From: an uncultured Hyphomicrobiales bacterium
Lineage (GTDB): Bacteria > Bacteroidota > Ignavibacteria > Kapaibacteriales > UBA2268
Length of the DNA stretch: 52,803 nt
Assembly: GCA_964589125.1 (NCBI GenBank)
Contig: CAZPSM010000002.1
Location: forward strand, 1 to 52,803
Direction of reading: 5' to 3'
The first letter of the stretch is position 1; each line of letters opens with the position of its first letter. A model generated the notes under the pieces. It saw only the letters and a program-made list of their open reading frames with translations, had not been told where the DNA came from and did not search any database. Position numbers and translations under genes: made by a program. Of the stretch, positions 32,968 to 41,476 are shown piece by piece.

Positions 32968-33003
32968 TTGAAAAATATGTAAGTTAAATATTCTTGGTTT
33001 AAA

Positions 33004-34041
33004 ATGTTTGATATCGATTTAAATTCACTTTTGCAGATGCCGGATTCCGTAATTGTCGAAGAAACCGAGGACTCCAATCGCACGCGGTTTATATTTCAAC
33101 CGCTCGAGAAAGGTTACGGTGTAACAATTGGGAATTCCCTACGGCGGGTTTTGATTTCCTCTATCCCGGGTTCGGCTATTATTGGTGTGAAATTCACGGA
33201 TGTTCTTCACGAATTCCAAAGTATTCACGGAGTTCTCGAAGATGTAACCGATATAATCCTAAATTTAAAAGAAGTGCGAATTAAAACAGAAGAAAGGAAA
33301 CCTTTTAAGGTGAACCTTCATTTTAAGGGTCCACATACTTGGACAGCACACGATATTCAAAGAGCCTCGGCTTTGTTGGAAGTTGTAAATCCCGACCATT
33401 ATATTGCTACTCTTTCCAAAGAAGCCGAGTTTGACGTCGAACTTCGCATTGGGTTTGGAAAAGGCTACGTTCCCGCCGAAGAACAGCAGTTAATTGACTA
33501 TCCGATTGGAATGTTACCCGTCGATGCTATTTATACCCCAATCAAAAATGTAATCTATACAATTGAACCGCACCGAGTCGGTCAAAAGACTGATTACGAA
33601 CGGCTTATACTCGATGTTACTACCGATGGGACTATTTCCCCAATAGATGCTGTTAAGCTCGCTGCCCATATTATTGGAGAACACATAATGTATTTTGTCA
33701 ACTTCGAGCGGGAAGAAAAGCCTACAATCGTTACCGATACAGCTATCGATGGCGGCGAGGAAGGTGAACACATTCGATTACGAAAGATTTTGCTTACCCC
33801 CATCGAAGAACTCGAAATAAGTGTTCGCGCTTATAATTGCGTAAAAATGAACAATATAAAGACACTTGGAGAATTGGTCTCTTATAGCGAAAATGAGTTA
33901 TTGAAATTTAGGAACTTCGGTCGTAAGTCCCTACAAGAACTTGCCGAAATAGTGAGACAAATGGGTTTAGAATTTGGAATGAATGTAGATAAATATATTC
34001 GAGGTAACTCCAAAAGTTCAAAAATGTATAACGACTTTTAA
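33004..34041 (+). CDS. rpoA: DNA-directed RNA polymerase subunit alpha
   Basis: GYGVTIGNSLRRVLISSIPG in the N-terminal domain. The C-terminal domain has LEISVRAYNCVKMNNIKTLGELV. Confidence 0.96.
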   Translation: MFDIDLNSLLQMPDSVIVEETEDSNRTRFIFQPLEKGYGVTIGNSLRRVLISSIPGSAIIGVKFTDVLHEFQSIHGVLEDVTDIILNLKEVRIKTEERKPFKVNLHFKGPHTWTAHDIQRASALLEVVNPDHYIATLSKEAEFDVELRIGFGKGYVPAEEQQLIDYPIGMLPVDAIYTPIKNVIYTIEPHRVGQKTDYERLILDVTTDGTISPIDAVKLAAHIIGEHIMYFVNFEREEKPTIVTDTAIDGGEEGEHIRLRKILLTPIEELEISVRAYNCVKMNNIKTLGELVSYSENELLKFRNFGRKSLQELAEIVRQMGLEFGMNVDKYIRGNSKSSKMYNDF

Positions 34042-34077
34042 TTCAAATAGTTTCAGAATAATTCGAGAGAAGTTTGT

Positions 34078-34806
34078 ATGAGGCATTTAAAATCGGGATG
34101 GAAACTGAAAAGGACAAGTAGTCATCGTAAAGCTTTGTTGCGAAATCTCGCCACAGCACTGCTTGAACATAAAAGGATTGAAACTACACTTGCCAAAGCC
34201 AAGGCTCTACGTCCTTTTGTCGAAAAATTGATTACAAAAGCGAAACGTGCAGTTTTGCGCGAACGCCAAAACCTTCTTCCCGAAGGACATAAAATCGACA
34301 TCCACGCTCGGCGCATTGTTGGACGTTTAATCACCAATAAAGCAGTTCTGCAAGAACTATTCGATACCATTGCACCAGTTGTTGTTGAGCGTCCCGGTGG
34401 GTATGTTCGAATTGTAAAAACCGGATTTCGTCGCGGAGACGCCGCCGAAATGGCTGTGGTAGAGTTAGTCGATTGGGGGGCTCCACAAGATGGTGCTATA
34501 TCGAAGCGCACGAAGGCAAAATCAAAATCACGAGCCAAAGCCCGAAGCCAATCCAAAACACAGAAAACCTCTAAAAAAGCAGTAAAGGAAACTACAAAGG
34601 AACTGGAAACCGAAACAGTTGAAGAGGCAAAAGAACCCACTGTTTCAGAAACTGCCGTTGCCAAGCAACCCGTTGAACCAGAAGTTACCTCTGCCCAACC
34701 TCCTGCGGATGTAGAAGAAGAAACATCGGAAGTTGCTGGGGACAAAATTGAGCCGAGTGACTCTAATTCAAATCAAACCGATGAAACCACAGAAGAAAAG
34801 CAGTAG
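34078..34806 (+). CDS. rplQ: 50S ribosomal protein L17 with about 108-aa low-complexity C-terminal tail
   Basis: MRHLKSGWKLKRTSSHRKALLRNLA and GGYVRIVKTGFRRGDAAEMAVVEL form the core. A K/S-rich then E/T/P-rich tail follows from about 34480. Confidence 0.93.
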   Translation: MRHLKSGWKLKRTSSHRKALLRNLATALLEHKRIETTLAKAKALRPFVEKLITKAKRAVLRERQNLLPEGHKIDIHARRIVGRLITNKAVLQELFDTIAPVVVERPGGYVRIVKTGFRRGDAAEMAVVELVDWGAPQDGAISKRTKAKSKSRAKARSQSKTQKTSKKAVKETTKELETETVEEAKEPTVSETAVAKQPVEPEVTSAQPPADVEEETSEVAGDKIEPSDSNSNQTDETTEEKQ

Positions 34807-34832
34807 TATTGTTTAAAATATTTAGTTTGACA

Positions 34833-34861
34833 AAAGCGTCTCCAATCAAGACGCTTTTTTT
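34833..34861 (+). terminator. intrinsic terminator after rplQ
   Basis: AAAGCGTCT-ccaatca-AGACGCTTT is a perfect 9-bp stem, followed by a T run. Confidence 0.75.
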
Positions 34862-34867
34862 ATTTTT

Positions 34868-35938
34868 ATGAAGTGCATCAAGGATTATACTTTAGTTGAA
34901 CTTGAAAATTATTTTCTTGAACTTGGATACGAAAAGTATCGAGCGCGCCAGGTATTTCATTCCATTTACTTAAATAGGATTACCGATTTTGCCGATGCTT
35001 CGGCACTTCCCAACAAGTTACGTCGAATTCTGAAAGACACCTTTACATTGGATGCGATTTCGGGTGTGAAAACGCAAAAGGCAAGCGACGGGACAATTAA
35101 ATTTTTGTTTAACCTGACTAAAGGCTCAGCAATTGAAAGTGTTTTTATTCCTTGGGATAAAGGGGTAAGAGAAAGGCGAACGTTGTGTGTGTCTTCCCAA
35201 GTGGGCTGTGCGTTGGACTGCTCGTTCTGTGCGACTGGCAAACTTGGGCTAACTCGCAATCTTTCTGTTGGGGAAATCATTGACCAAGTTCTTTGGGCAG
35301 AAAAAATTATCGGAGAGCGGTTGACAAATGTAGTTTTTATGGGTATGGGTGAACCGCTGCAGAATTTTCAAAACGTTGTCGATGCAATTTCGATTATGAC
35401 AACCGAAAAGGTTGGTTTATTTCGCCGCAAGAACATTACGGTTTCGACTTCCGGGGTGGTTCCTAAAATTTACGATTTGGCGAACATCGAAAAACCAGTT
35501 AAATTAGCAATTTCGTTGCATTCAACGTTGGATAATGTTAGAGAAATGATAATGCCCATTGCCAAAAAATGGAAAATTAAAGAGCTTCGCCAATCTGCAA
35601 TTGATTATTATCGAAAGGTTCAATTGCCTATTACTTATGAATATATTCTTTTCGATGGATTGAACGATAGCGAACTCGATGCTCGCCGTCTCGCTCGTTT
35701 TGTGCGGAGTGTTCCTTCGAAAGTAAATATTATTCCGTTCCATAGGATAGATTTTATGCCACTCGATGGAATTTCAAAAGAACTGAAACCTTCGCCTATG
35801 GAGAAAATCTTCCAATTCAAGCAATGGCTACAATCTTTTGGGGTGAAGGTGTTTGTTCGCTCTTCGAGTGGTTACGAAATCAATGGTGCCTGTGGGCAAC
35901 TGGCGTTTTCTAATAGCAATTCTGTAAATTCATTATGA
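34868..35938 (+). CDS. rlmN: 23S rRNA/tRNA adenine-C2 methyltransferase RlmN (radical SAM)
   Basis: CALDCSFCATG (CxxxCxxC), GMGEPL, and C-terminal GACGQL. Confidence 0.9.
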   Translation: MKCIKDYTLVELENYFLELGYEKYRARQVFHSIYLNRITDFADASALPNKLRRILKDTFTLDAISGVKTQKASDGTIKFLFNLTKGSAIESVFIPWDKGVRERRTLCVSSQVGCALDCSFCATGKLGLTRNLSVGEIIDQVLWAEKIIGERLTNVVFMGMGEPLQNFQNVVDAISIMTTEKVGLFRRKNITVSTSGVVPKIYDLANIEKPVKLAISLHSTLDNVREMIMPIAKKWKIKELRQSAIDYYRKVQLPITYEYILFDGLNDSELDARRLARFVRSVPSKVNIIPFHRIDFMPLDGISKELKPSPMEKIFQFKQWLQSFGVKVFVRSSSGYEINGACGQLAFSNSNSVNSL

Positions 35939-36834
35939 AACATTTATTCTTTCTATTCCTTCTTCTTTTTCTCACCTCGCTCGCGGCTTTTTCTTCTCTG
36001 CAAAGTGAACTTAAGCCCGGGCAAGACTATATCCTTCGATTAAAAAATGGGGATATTATTACAGGGGAAATCATTTCCTTCGTCGAAGATAAAGAAGATG
36101 GCAAGGGGATTAAGTTTGACACCGAATTCGGAATTGCTACGATTTATTTCTCTCAGATTGCCGAAGTAAAGCCAATCGAATCGTATTATCGCCAAAACCA
36201 TAAATATTTCTTGCTTCCAACTGCAATTGGAATTGGAAATGACCATTTCGTTGGTGCAATGGAATTATTCTTTTTTTACGGGGGATTTGGAATTACAGAC
36301 CACTTCTCTCTCGTTGCCGGGCGTTCGTTTTTACCCACACTTTACTCGAATCAACAATTGACCTTGCTCAACGTGAAAGGGAGTTTACCGAAGTTAGTAT
36401 TGGACGACGTTGTTCGGGAAATACATTTCGCTTTTGGTGGCAATCTGGCTTTTGCTAACAATAACAATCGCTTTGTTCATCTTTATGGGGTTGCCACAGC
36501 CCTATTCTATAAAACTAGTCTTTCGGTTTCTTTGTTCTACAAGATGGGAAGCGGAGACATTTATCTTGTTAGATTTGCTAATAGTGTTCAAGATGTTATT
36601 TATCAAGACGGTTCATTTGGTATCTCCGCTGGGTTCGATACCAAGTTACCTAACTTTAAAGATGTTCATATCGTTGGAGAATTATGGAATATCGACATTG
36701 CCAAGCCAACAAAAACTGGGATTTTTCTTGGGGTTCGCCTTGCGAACGATAAGTTTTCTTCGGATTTTGGGTTCGCTTTCTTCACTCAACCATTTTTCGC
36801 ACCTTTTGTAAATTTTGTATGGAACCCTTTTTAG
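35935..36834 (+). CDS. hypothetical secreted protein, possibly an outer-membrane beta-barrel
   Basis: Signal-like N-terminus MKHLFFLFLLLFLTSLAAFS, alternating aromatic/Gly-rich segments, and a C-terminal ...VWNPF. ATGA overlap with rlmN. No family recognised. Confidence 0.6.
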   Translation: MKHLFFLFLLLFLTSLAAFSSLQSELKPGQDYILRLKNGDIITGEIISFVEDKEDGKGIKFDTEFGIATIYFSQIAEVKPIESYYRQNHKYFLLPTAIGIGNDHFVGAMELFFFYGGFGITDHFSLVAGRSFLPTLYSNQQLTLLNVKGSLPKLVLDDVVREIHFAFGGNLAFANNNNRFVHLYGVATALFYKTSLSVSLFYKMGSGDIYLVRFANSVQDVIYQDGSFGISAGFDTKLPNFKDVHIVGELWNIDIAKPTKTGIFLGVRLANDKFSSDFGFAFFTQPFFAPFVNFVWNPF

Positions 36835-37602
36835 ATGAATACTATTAAAGCAATAGGGATTATTCCTGCTCGGTACGAATCGACACGTTTGCCGGGGAAA
36901 TTGCTCGAGGATTTAGGAGGCAAGCCTGTTCTGCAATGGGTTTGGCAAGGTGCTTCTCGGTCTCAACTTCTCAATCGTTTAATTGTTGCAACCGATTCAG
37001 AAAGAATAGCCGATTTGTGCCAATCTATGGGTGCTGAATTTATCATTACGCCGAAAGACATTGCAAGCGGGAGCGACCGTGTGCTTTACGCCTACGAACA
37101 GTTGAAGATAAATGCTAATATTGTTGTAAATATTCAAGGGGATGAGCCTTTTATCGATGGAAATTTGCTCGATATCCTCGTTGCCGAACTTGATTCTTCT
37201 TCGGCGGATGTCGCAACATTGATTAAGAAAATCGATAGCGAAAGGGAAATCTTCGACCCTTCTGTGGTTAAAGTTGTGTGCGATAATGCTGGGTTTGCAT
37301 TGTATTTTTCCCGGAATGCGATTCCGTTTGCCCGCGATAAAGCAAACAACGAATGGCATAAATTAAATTGCTTCTTTAGGCATATTGGAATTTATGCCTT
37401 CAAAAGCGATGTTCTTCGCTCGTTTGCTTCGCTTCACCAATCCGAACTCGAACAGATTGAAAAACTGGAGCAACTTCGGCTTCTTCAGAATGGATACAAA
37501 ATCCGCTGTGTCGAAACAGATGCAAACTTAATAGGTATCGATACTTTCGAAGATTTGGAAAAAGCAAGAGAATTCGTCAAGAGCCTTCCTTCTCTTGAAT
37601 AA
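36835..37602 (+). CDS. kdsB: 3-deoxy-manno-octulosonate cytidylyltransferase (CMP-KDO synthetase)
   Basis: IGIIPARYESTRLPGKLL, NIQGDEPF, GIYAF motifs. Confidence 0.9.
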   Translation: MNTIKAIGIIPARYESTRLPGKLLEDLGGKPVLQWVWQGASRSQLLNRLIVATDSERIADLCQSMGAEFIITPKDIASGSDRVLYAYEQLKINANIVVNIQGDEPFIDGNLLDILVAELDSSSADVATLIKKIDSEREIFDPSVVKVVCDNAGFALYFSRNAIPFARDKANNEWHKLNCFFRHIGIYAFKSDVLRSFASLHQSELEQIEKLEQLRLLQNGYKIRCVETDANLIGIDTFEDLEKAREFVKSLPSLE

Positions 37603-38623
37603 CCCTTGTCAATTCTTGATAAACCAAACTTACTGGAATGAGCGACATATCGTCCATCCTTTCGGGTTCCGTTGTCAACGGCGAAAGCGATGTTGAATAT
37701 CTTCCTATCGGACCCCATCGATGTGCCGAAAGGTGAGGAGTATTGGGGAATAAACCAACTACGGGAATATCCATTGCCGAGGCTATATGGAGGATTCCAG
37801 TAGAGTTCGCAACAAGACCCTTTGCCAATGAAACCAATGCAATTGTTTCGTAGAGATTCAAACGTCCAACGAAACTGATAACATTCGGACAAATCGATTG
37901 GATTAATTGCGAAAGAGGTATTTCGTTCTTCCCTCCGGTAATAACCACCGATTTTCCGGCACTGGTGAGCATTTGTGCGAGTTCGCCAAACTTTACCGGT
38001 TCCCAGTTTAATGCAGAACCACCACTCCCCGGGTGCAGAACAATAAACTCATACGGCTTTAAGTTGAGTGTATCGAACATTTCTTGAATCTTGTTCAATG
38101 CCGTTGGCTCCACCTTGATGGGAACTACTTTCGTTTCTAATTCGACCCCGAAGAAACTCGAAACAAGCCGAACATTGTAATCCGATTCATGGTGCTCCGC
38201 TGTCCGTCGGTGGTCTTTTACTTTATGCGTAAATAGAAAGGAATACCAACGATAGGCGGAACCAATACGATGTTCAATTTGTGATTTGTATGCATAATAC
38301 ACTTCGTTGAATCGTGGACGAGGGAAAAACACAGCATCAAATTGAAATCTCCGATATATCCCTTGAATTTCGTTCCTATATTTTTCGAGGTATGCAATTT
38401 GGTCAACTACTTCGCAATCGTAGAGTAATGGCTTAACATATTGCCGTGCTATCAAAGTTAATGTGCAACTCGGCTGGACTTCTTTAATGGCTCGGCACAT
38501 TGGCAAAGTAAGAACCATATCGCCAAGTCGGTCGGTTCTAACCACAGCAATATTGGTTAATTCATCTTCGTTATCATTGTTTTTCATAATTTGCATTTTG
38601 TTTTGAAACATTTTAGTATGCAA
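37577..38623 (-). CDS. glycosyltransferase family 9 (LPS heptosyltransferase-like)
   Basis: VVRTDRLGDMVLTLP and HPGSGGSALNWEP motifs. The first codon of the ORF is TTG; in-frame ATGs at 38611, 38596 and 38587 are more likely starts. The 3' end overlaps kdsB by 26 nt (convergent). Confidence 0.8.
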   Translation of the reverse strand: MHTKMFQNKMQIMKNNDNEDELTNIAVVRTDRLGDMVLTLPMCRAIKEVQPSCTLTLIARQYVKPLLYDCEVVDQIAYLEKYRNEIQGIYRRFQFDAVFFPRPRFNEVYYAYKSQIEHRIGSAYRWYSFLFTHKVKDHRRTAEHHESDYNVRLVSSFFGVELETKVVPIKVEPTALNKIQEMFDTLNLKPYEFIVLHPGSGGSALNWEPVKFGELAQMLTSAGKSVVITGGKNEIPLSQLIQSICPNVISFVGRLNLYETIALVSLAKGLVANSTGILHIASAMDIPVVGLFPNTPHLSAHRWGPIGRYSTSLSPLTTEPERMDDMSLIPVSLVYQELTRVIQEKEGS

Positions 38624-38628
38624 TATAA

Positions 38629-39537
38629 TTGTTTCTAAGTGATTTGAAAAATAAAAACATCATTTGGTTGTTCTTGCCTTCGATTTTGGCATTTCAACTT
38701 ACATTGGCTGGATTCGATTCTCTGTTCTTTCCTTCGAAACCGAACTTCACAAGGCGACCCAATCTGACAATTGCCAACTCTTTCTTATATTATCTGCCAT
38801 TGAAAGATACACTCTATTACTTGGGCAACGAATACATAGAAGTTAATTTGAGCAAACAGTTGGCTTTTTATGTTACAAGGGACGGGGAAGTGGATACAGT
38901 CAGAATTTCTTCGGGTAACAAGTTTATCAAGGAAGCGATTGCTACACCGGTGGGCTTGTATGCAGTTCAAAACAAAGCGCCAGTGCAGATTTCTCGTCAG
39001 TTCGAAAACACCGAAATGCTGAATTGGATAGGCTTCAATGGAAATATCGGATTCCACGCTTTGAAAAAAACGGGCTATTATGCACATTTGGGGCGACGCC
39101 CTTCGTCCCACGGCTGTATCCGAATTTCTAATGAGGATGGAGAAAGGCTCTACAAAAAAGTCCGCATCGGTATCCCCGTGCTTGTTTACTATAAAGAACC
39201 AATTTGCATAGTTCGTTTTGCGAGTTGGAAAGAGTTTAATCCCAACGAGGATATTCTTGTAAATAGACTCGATAGACCTACATCTTTTTTCCTTAACGAA
39301 CGAGTAACTCGCTTGAAAAAGGGAGATTTCTTCCGTTTTGGATATACACGAATATTTATAGATAAAAAGTTGAAAGTAAAATTTCCCTATTCCTCTGTTG
39401 AAAAACAAGATGCATTTGCCACTTGGCAAAAGCCAAGCCTTTGGTTCAAAAAACATTATGCCTTCGAAAACATTACTCTTAAATTTACCGAAAGATGCTT
39501 TTATTATTCCGATACCTGTAGTGTTCAATTGCAATGA
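38629..39537 (+). CDS. L,D-transpeptidase (YkuD domain) protein
   Basis: Active-site motif RPSSHGCIRISNEDGERLY and an N-terminal hydrophobic segment. TTG at 38629 is the only canonical (ATG/GTG/TTG) start codon upstream of the N-terminal hydrophobic segment. Confidence 0.75.
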   Translation: MFLSDLKNKNIIWLFLPSILAFQLTLAGFDSLFFPSKPNFTRRPNLTIANSFLYYLPLKDTLYYLGNEYIEVNLSKQLAFYVTRDGEVDTVRISSGNKFIKEAIATPVGLYAVQNKAPVQISRQFENTEMLNWIGFNGNIGFHALKKTGYYAHLGRRPSSHGCIRISNEDGERLYKKVRIGIPVLVYYKEPICIVRFASWKEFNPNEDILVNRLDRPTSFFLNERVTRLKKGDFFRFGYTRIFIDKKLKVKFPYSSVEKQDAFATWQKPSLWFKKHYAFENITLKFTERCFYYSDTCSVQLQ

Positions 39538-39595
39538 AGTTACAGAGGCAATTTTGTAAGGGCTTAGATGTTAAAGCAATGCAAACATTAAGTGA

Positions 39596-39616
39596 GTAAG
39601 AATTCTTGCCTTTTTT
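39596..39616 (+). terminator. weak terminator candidate after the L,D-transpeptidase gene
   Basis: GTAAG-aatt-CTTGC (5 bp including one G-T pair), then C and TTTTTT. Confidence 0.3.
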
Positions 39617-39672
39617 CCGATGTTTTTTAGATTCACTGCAAATATTTTTGACTCGCAATGACAAAGAACATT

Positions 39673-39698
39673 AAACAAAGGGTTGCAACCCCTTGTTT
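39673..39698. terminator. hairpin in convergent spacer, possibly a bidirectional terminator
   Basis: AAACAAAGGGTT-gc-AACCCCTTGTTT gives 11 of 12 pairs (innermost T-A pairs probably open) with A/T-rich flanks on both strands. It lies between the two convergent gene ends at 39537 and 39818. Confidence 0.4.
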
Positions 39699-39817
39699 AC
39701 TCCCGGTAATAGGGGTATATTGCTATATGCTTCCAAGGTTTGTGGGCACATAGCAACGTCCCTCTACACTTCTCATTGTTGTAGGGCAATACTACTGATT
39801 TAGCCAGATGTGTTTTC

Positions 39818-40639
39818 CTACTTCGGGTTGTTTTTTAGAACCGGGGGAAGAACGTAATATTTTGGGGGAACGTTGACTGTGGTATCGGTGGTGCGGGATT
39901 TTTGCTTCGGCGTCCCTTGCATTTTTTCACTACTGCCTTTGTAAGGTTCGTTTTTATTGTTTGTAGTGGATGGTTGAGGTCCTCCAGCAAGCCTTTCGTT
40001 TAGTGTGAGATTTATTCTGGGCAGTGGCGAAATTACCTTTGCTGGCTGGTCGCTTCTATCGAAAGTCTGTTGAGTTTTATTCTCTTTGACCCGATTAGTC
40101 TTGGATGTTGTTACCTCGTTTTTCCTTTCGAGCGAAGGCTTGGTTGGTTTTTCCCTTTTTGTATTGAAGACTATCGAGTTTCCTGCAAGCGAGTGTTCGA
40201 ATAGTGGAATTGAAGTAAGGCAATTAGTAAATGTTTTGAAAGGTATCCAGAGTTCGCCATTTAGGTTGATTGCTGGGGAAGAGATTTGCAATATTCGTTC
40301 GCTTCCTTGCCTTAAATCCCTTAAAATGAAGTAGATTGAGCCAGGGAAGAAAGAAAATTGGTAGTTTCCACATTGAACTGAAAAAATCTCTTGTTGGTTC
40401 TTGCCGTGCCTGCTTTGTGGTTGCGAGAAATTTGAAAGAGCAAAGTAGTCTTTCCCATTGAAAGTAGTAATTTTTAAAGTTTTTTGAAAGTTATCTATTT
40501 TTAAAGTTATTGTATTATTAATTTGTTGTGTGTAAAGGAATTGTGGAATTAAAAGCAAGAGCGAAAGCGAAAGACTTTTTAGAAGGTGGAGCGAGCAAGT
40601 TGCTCGCTCCGAATTTATGTTTAAGCCCCATCTTTTCAT
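39818..40639 (-). CDS. hypothetical secreted protein with low-complexity C-terminal half
   Basis: Hydrophobic N-terminus (LLKSLSLSLLLLIPQFLY), a folded region of about 130 aa, then a K/T/N/P/Q-rich tail. Its start overlaps the FKBP stop by 4 nt. Confidence 0.6.
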   Translation of the reverse strand: MKRWGLNINSERATCSLHLLKSLSLSLLLLIPQFLYTQQINNTITLKIDNFQKTLKITTFNGKDYFALSNFSQPQSRHGKNQQEIFSVQCGNYQFSFFPGSIYFILRDLRQGSERILQISSPAINLNGELWIPFKTFTNCLTSIPLFEHSLAGNSIVFNTKREKPTKPSLERKNEVTTSKTNRVKENKTQQTFDRSDQPAKVISPLPRINLTLNERLAGGPQPSTTNNKNEPYKGSSEKMQGTPKQKSRTTDTTVNVPPKYYVLPPVLKNNPK

Positions 40640-41373
40640 TGGTTATTAGGTTGTTTTTCAATCGAGAGTAGTTCAATTTCGAAGATTAGAGTTGCGTTAG
40701 GTGGAATGGTTGGCGGCGCACCTCTTTCACCCCAGCCAAGATGTGGTGGCAGAAATATTCGCCATTTAGAGCCTTCCTTCATATGAGTAAGTGCTTCTTG
40801 CCAACCGGGGACTTGTTGGCTTAACGGTAATGTAACAGGTTGCCGAGTGTAGGTATTGTCGAACTCTTTTCCATCGAGATAATAAGCCCTTAGGTGAATT
40901 TTAACCATATCCTCCATTTTGGGAATCCTACCAGTTCCTTCTTTTAGAACTGTATATTGTAACCCCGAGGAGGTTGTAACGACGCCGGGTTTATTTTTGT
41001 TCCCTTCGAGAAACTTCTTGCCTTCTTCTAAGTTTTTAGGGGCTTGTTCCATCAACTTTTGTTCTTGTTCTTTCATCCTTTTGTTTTGTTGTTCAATCAT
41101 AACTGCTTGGAATTGCTTGCGGAAAGTATCCAATTCGACACTCGTTACAAAAGTCGAATCACCTTTGAAAGCATTCCGAAACCCAAGAATAAGATAATCC
41201 ATATTAACTTTCAAAGAGTCGCGAACCATATTCCGACCAATATCGTAGCCAATAAGATAACTTACTTTGTCGTCGAATTCCTTTGGTTTAGGCAGATTGG
41301 TTTTGATTGTTTCACCTTGTTGGCAAGCAAGCAAAGTCAAACTAAGAATAAAAGAAAAAACTACTTTTCTCAT
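40636..41373 (-). CDS. FKBP-type peptidyl-prolyl cis-trans isomerase (FkpA/Mip-like lipoprotein)
   Basis: Lipobox-like LTLLAC, an N-terminal dimerisation-type helix region, and a C-terminal FKBP domain (GKEFDNTY, VPGWQEAL, IPPNATLIFEIELLSI). Confidence 0.9.
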   Translation of the reverse strand: MRKVVFSFILSLTLLACQQGETIKTNLPKPKEFDDKVSYLIGYDIGRNMVRDSLKVNMDYLILGFRNAFKGDSTFVTSVELDTFRKQFQAVMIEQQNKRMKEQEQKLMEQAPKNLEEGKKFLEGNKNKPGVVTTSSGLQYTVLKEGTGRIPKMEDMVKIHLRAYYLDGKEFDNTYTRQPVTLPLSQQVPGWQEALTHMKEGSKWRIFLPPHLGWGERGAPPTIPPNATLIFEIELLSIEKQPNNQ

Positions 41374-41476
41374 TACAACACCATTAATTAAAAAAGCAAA
41401 ATTACAATATTTTTATGTAAATTGATTGAAATATATTAACTTGCTATTTCACTTGGTGTTAGAACAAAGATTCTCT

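Noticed and set aside
34122-34745. 207-codon ORF antisense to rplQ.
   Set aside because: It overlaps the L17 core and its compositionally biased tail. The product is low-complexity Ser/Ala/Thr-rich and no RBS is evident.
36410-36811. 133-codon alternate-frame ORF inside the putative outer-membrane protein gene.
   Set aside because: It is on the same strand as, and wholly nested within, the longer ORF that has a signal peptide and is coupled to rlmN.
38785-39534. 249-codon ORF antisense to the L,D-transpeptidase gene.
   Set aside because: The plus-strand frame carries the YkuD active-site motif (SHGCIRISNED). The antisense product is Cys/Phe/Ile-rich with no motif, so it is probably a chance open frame.
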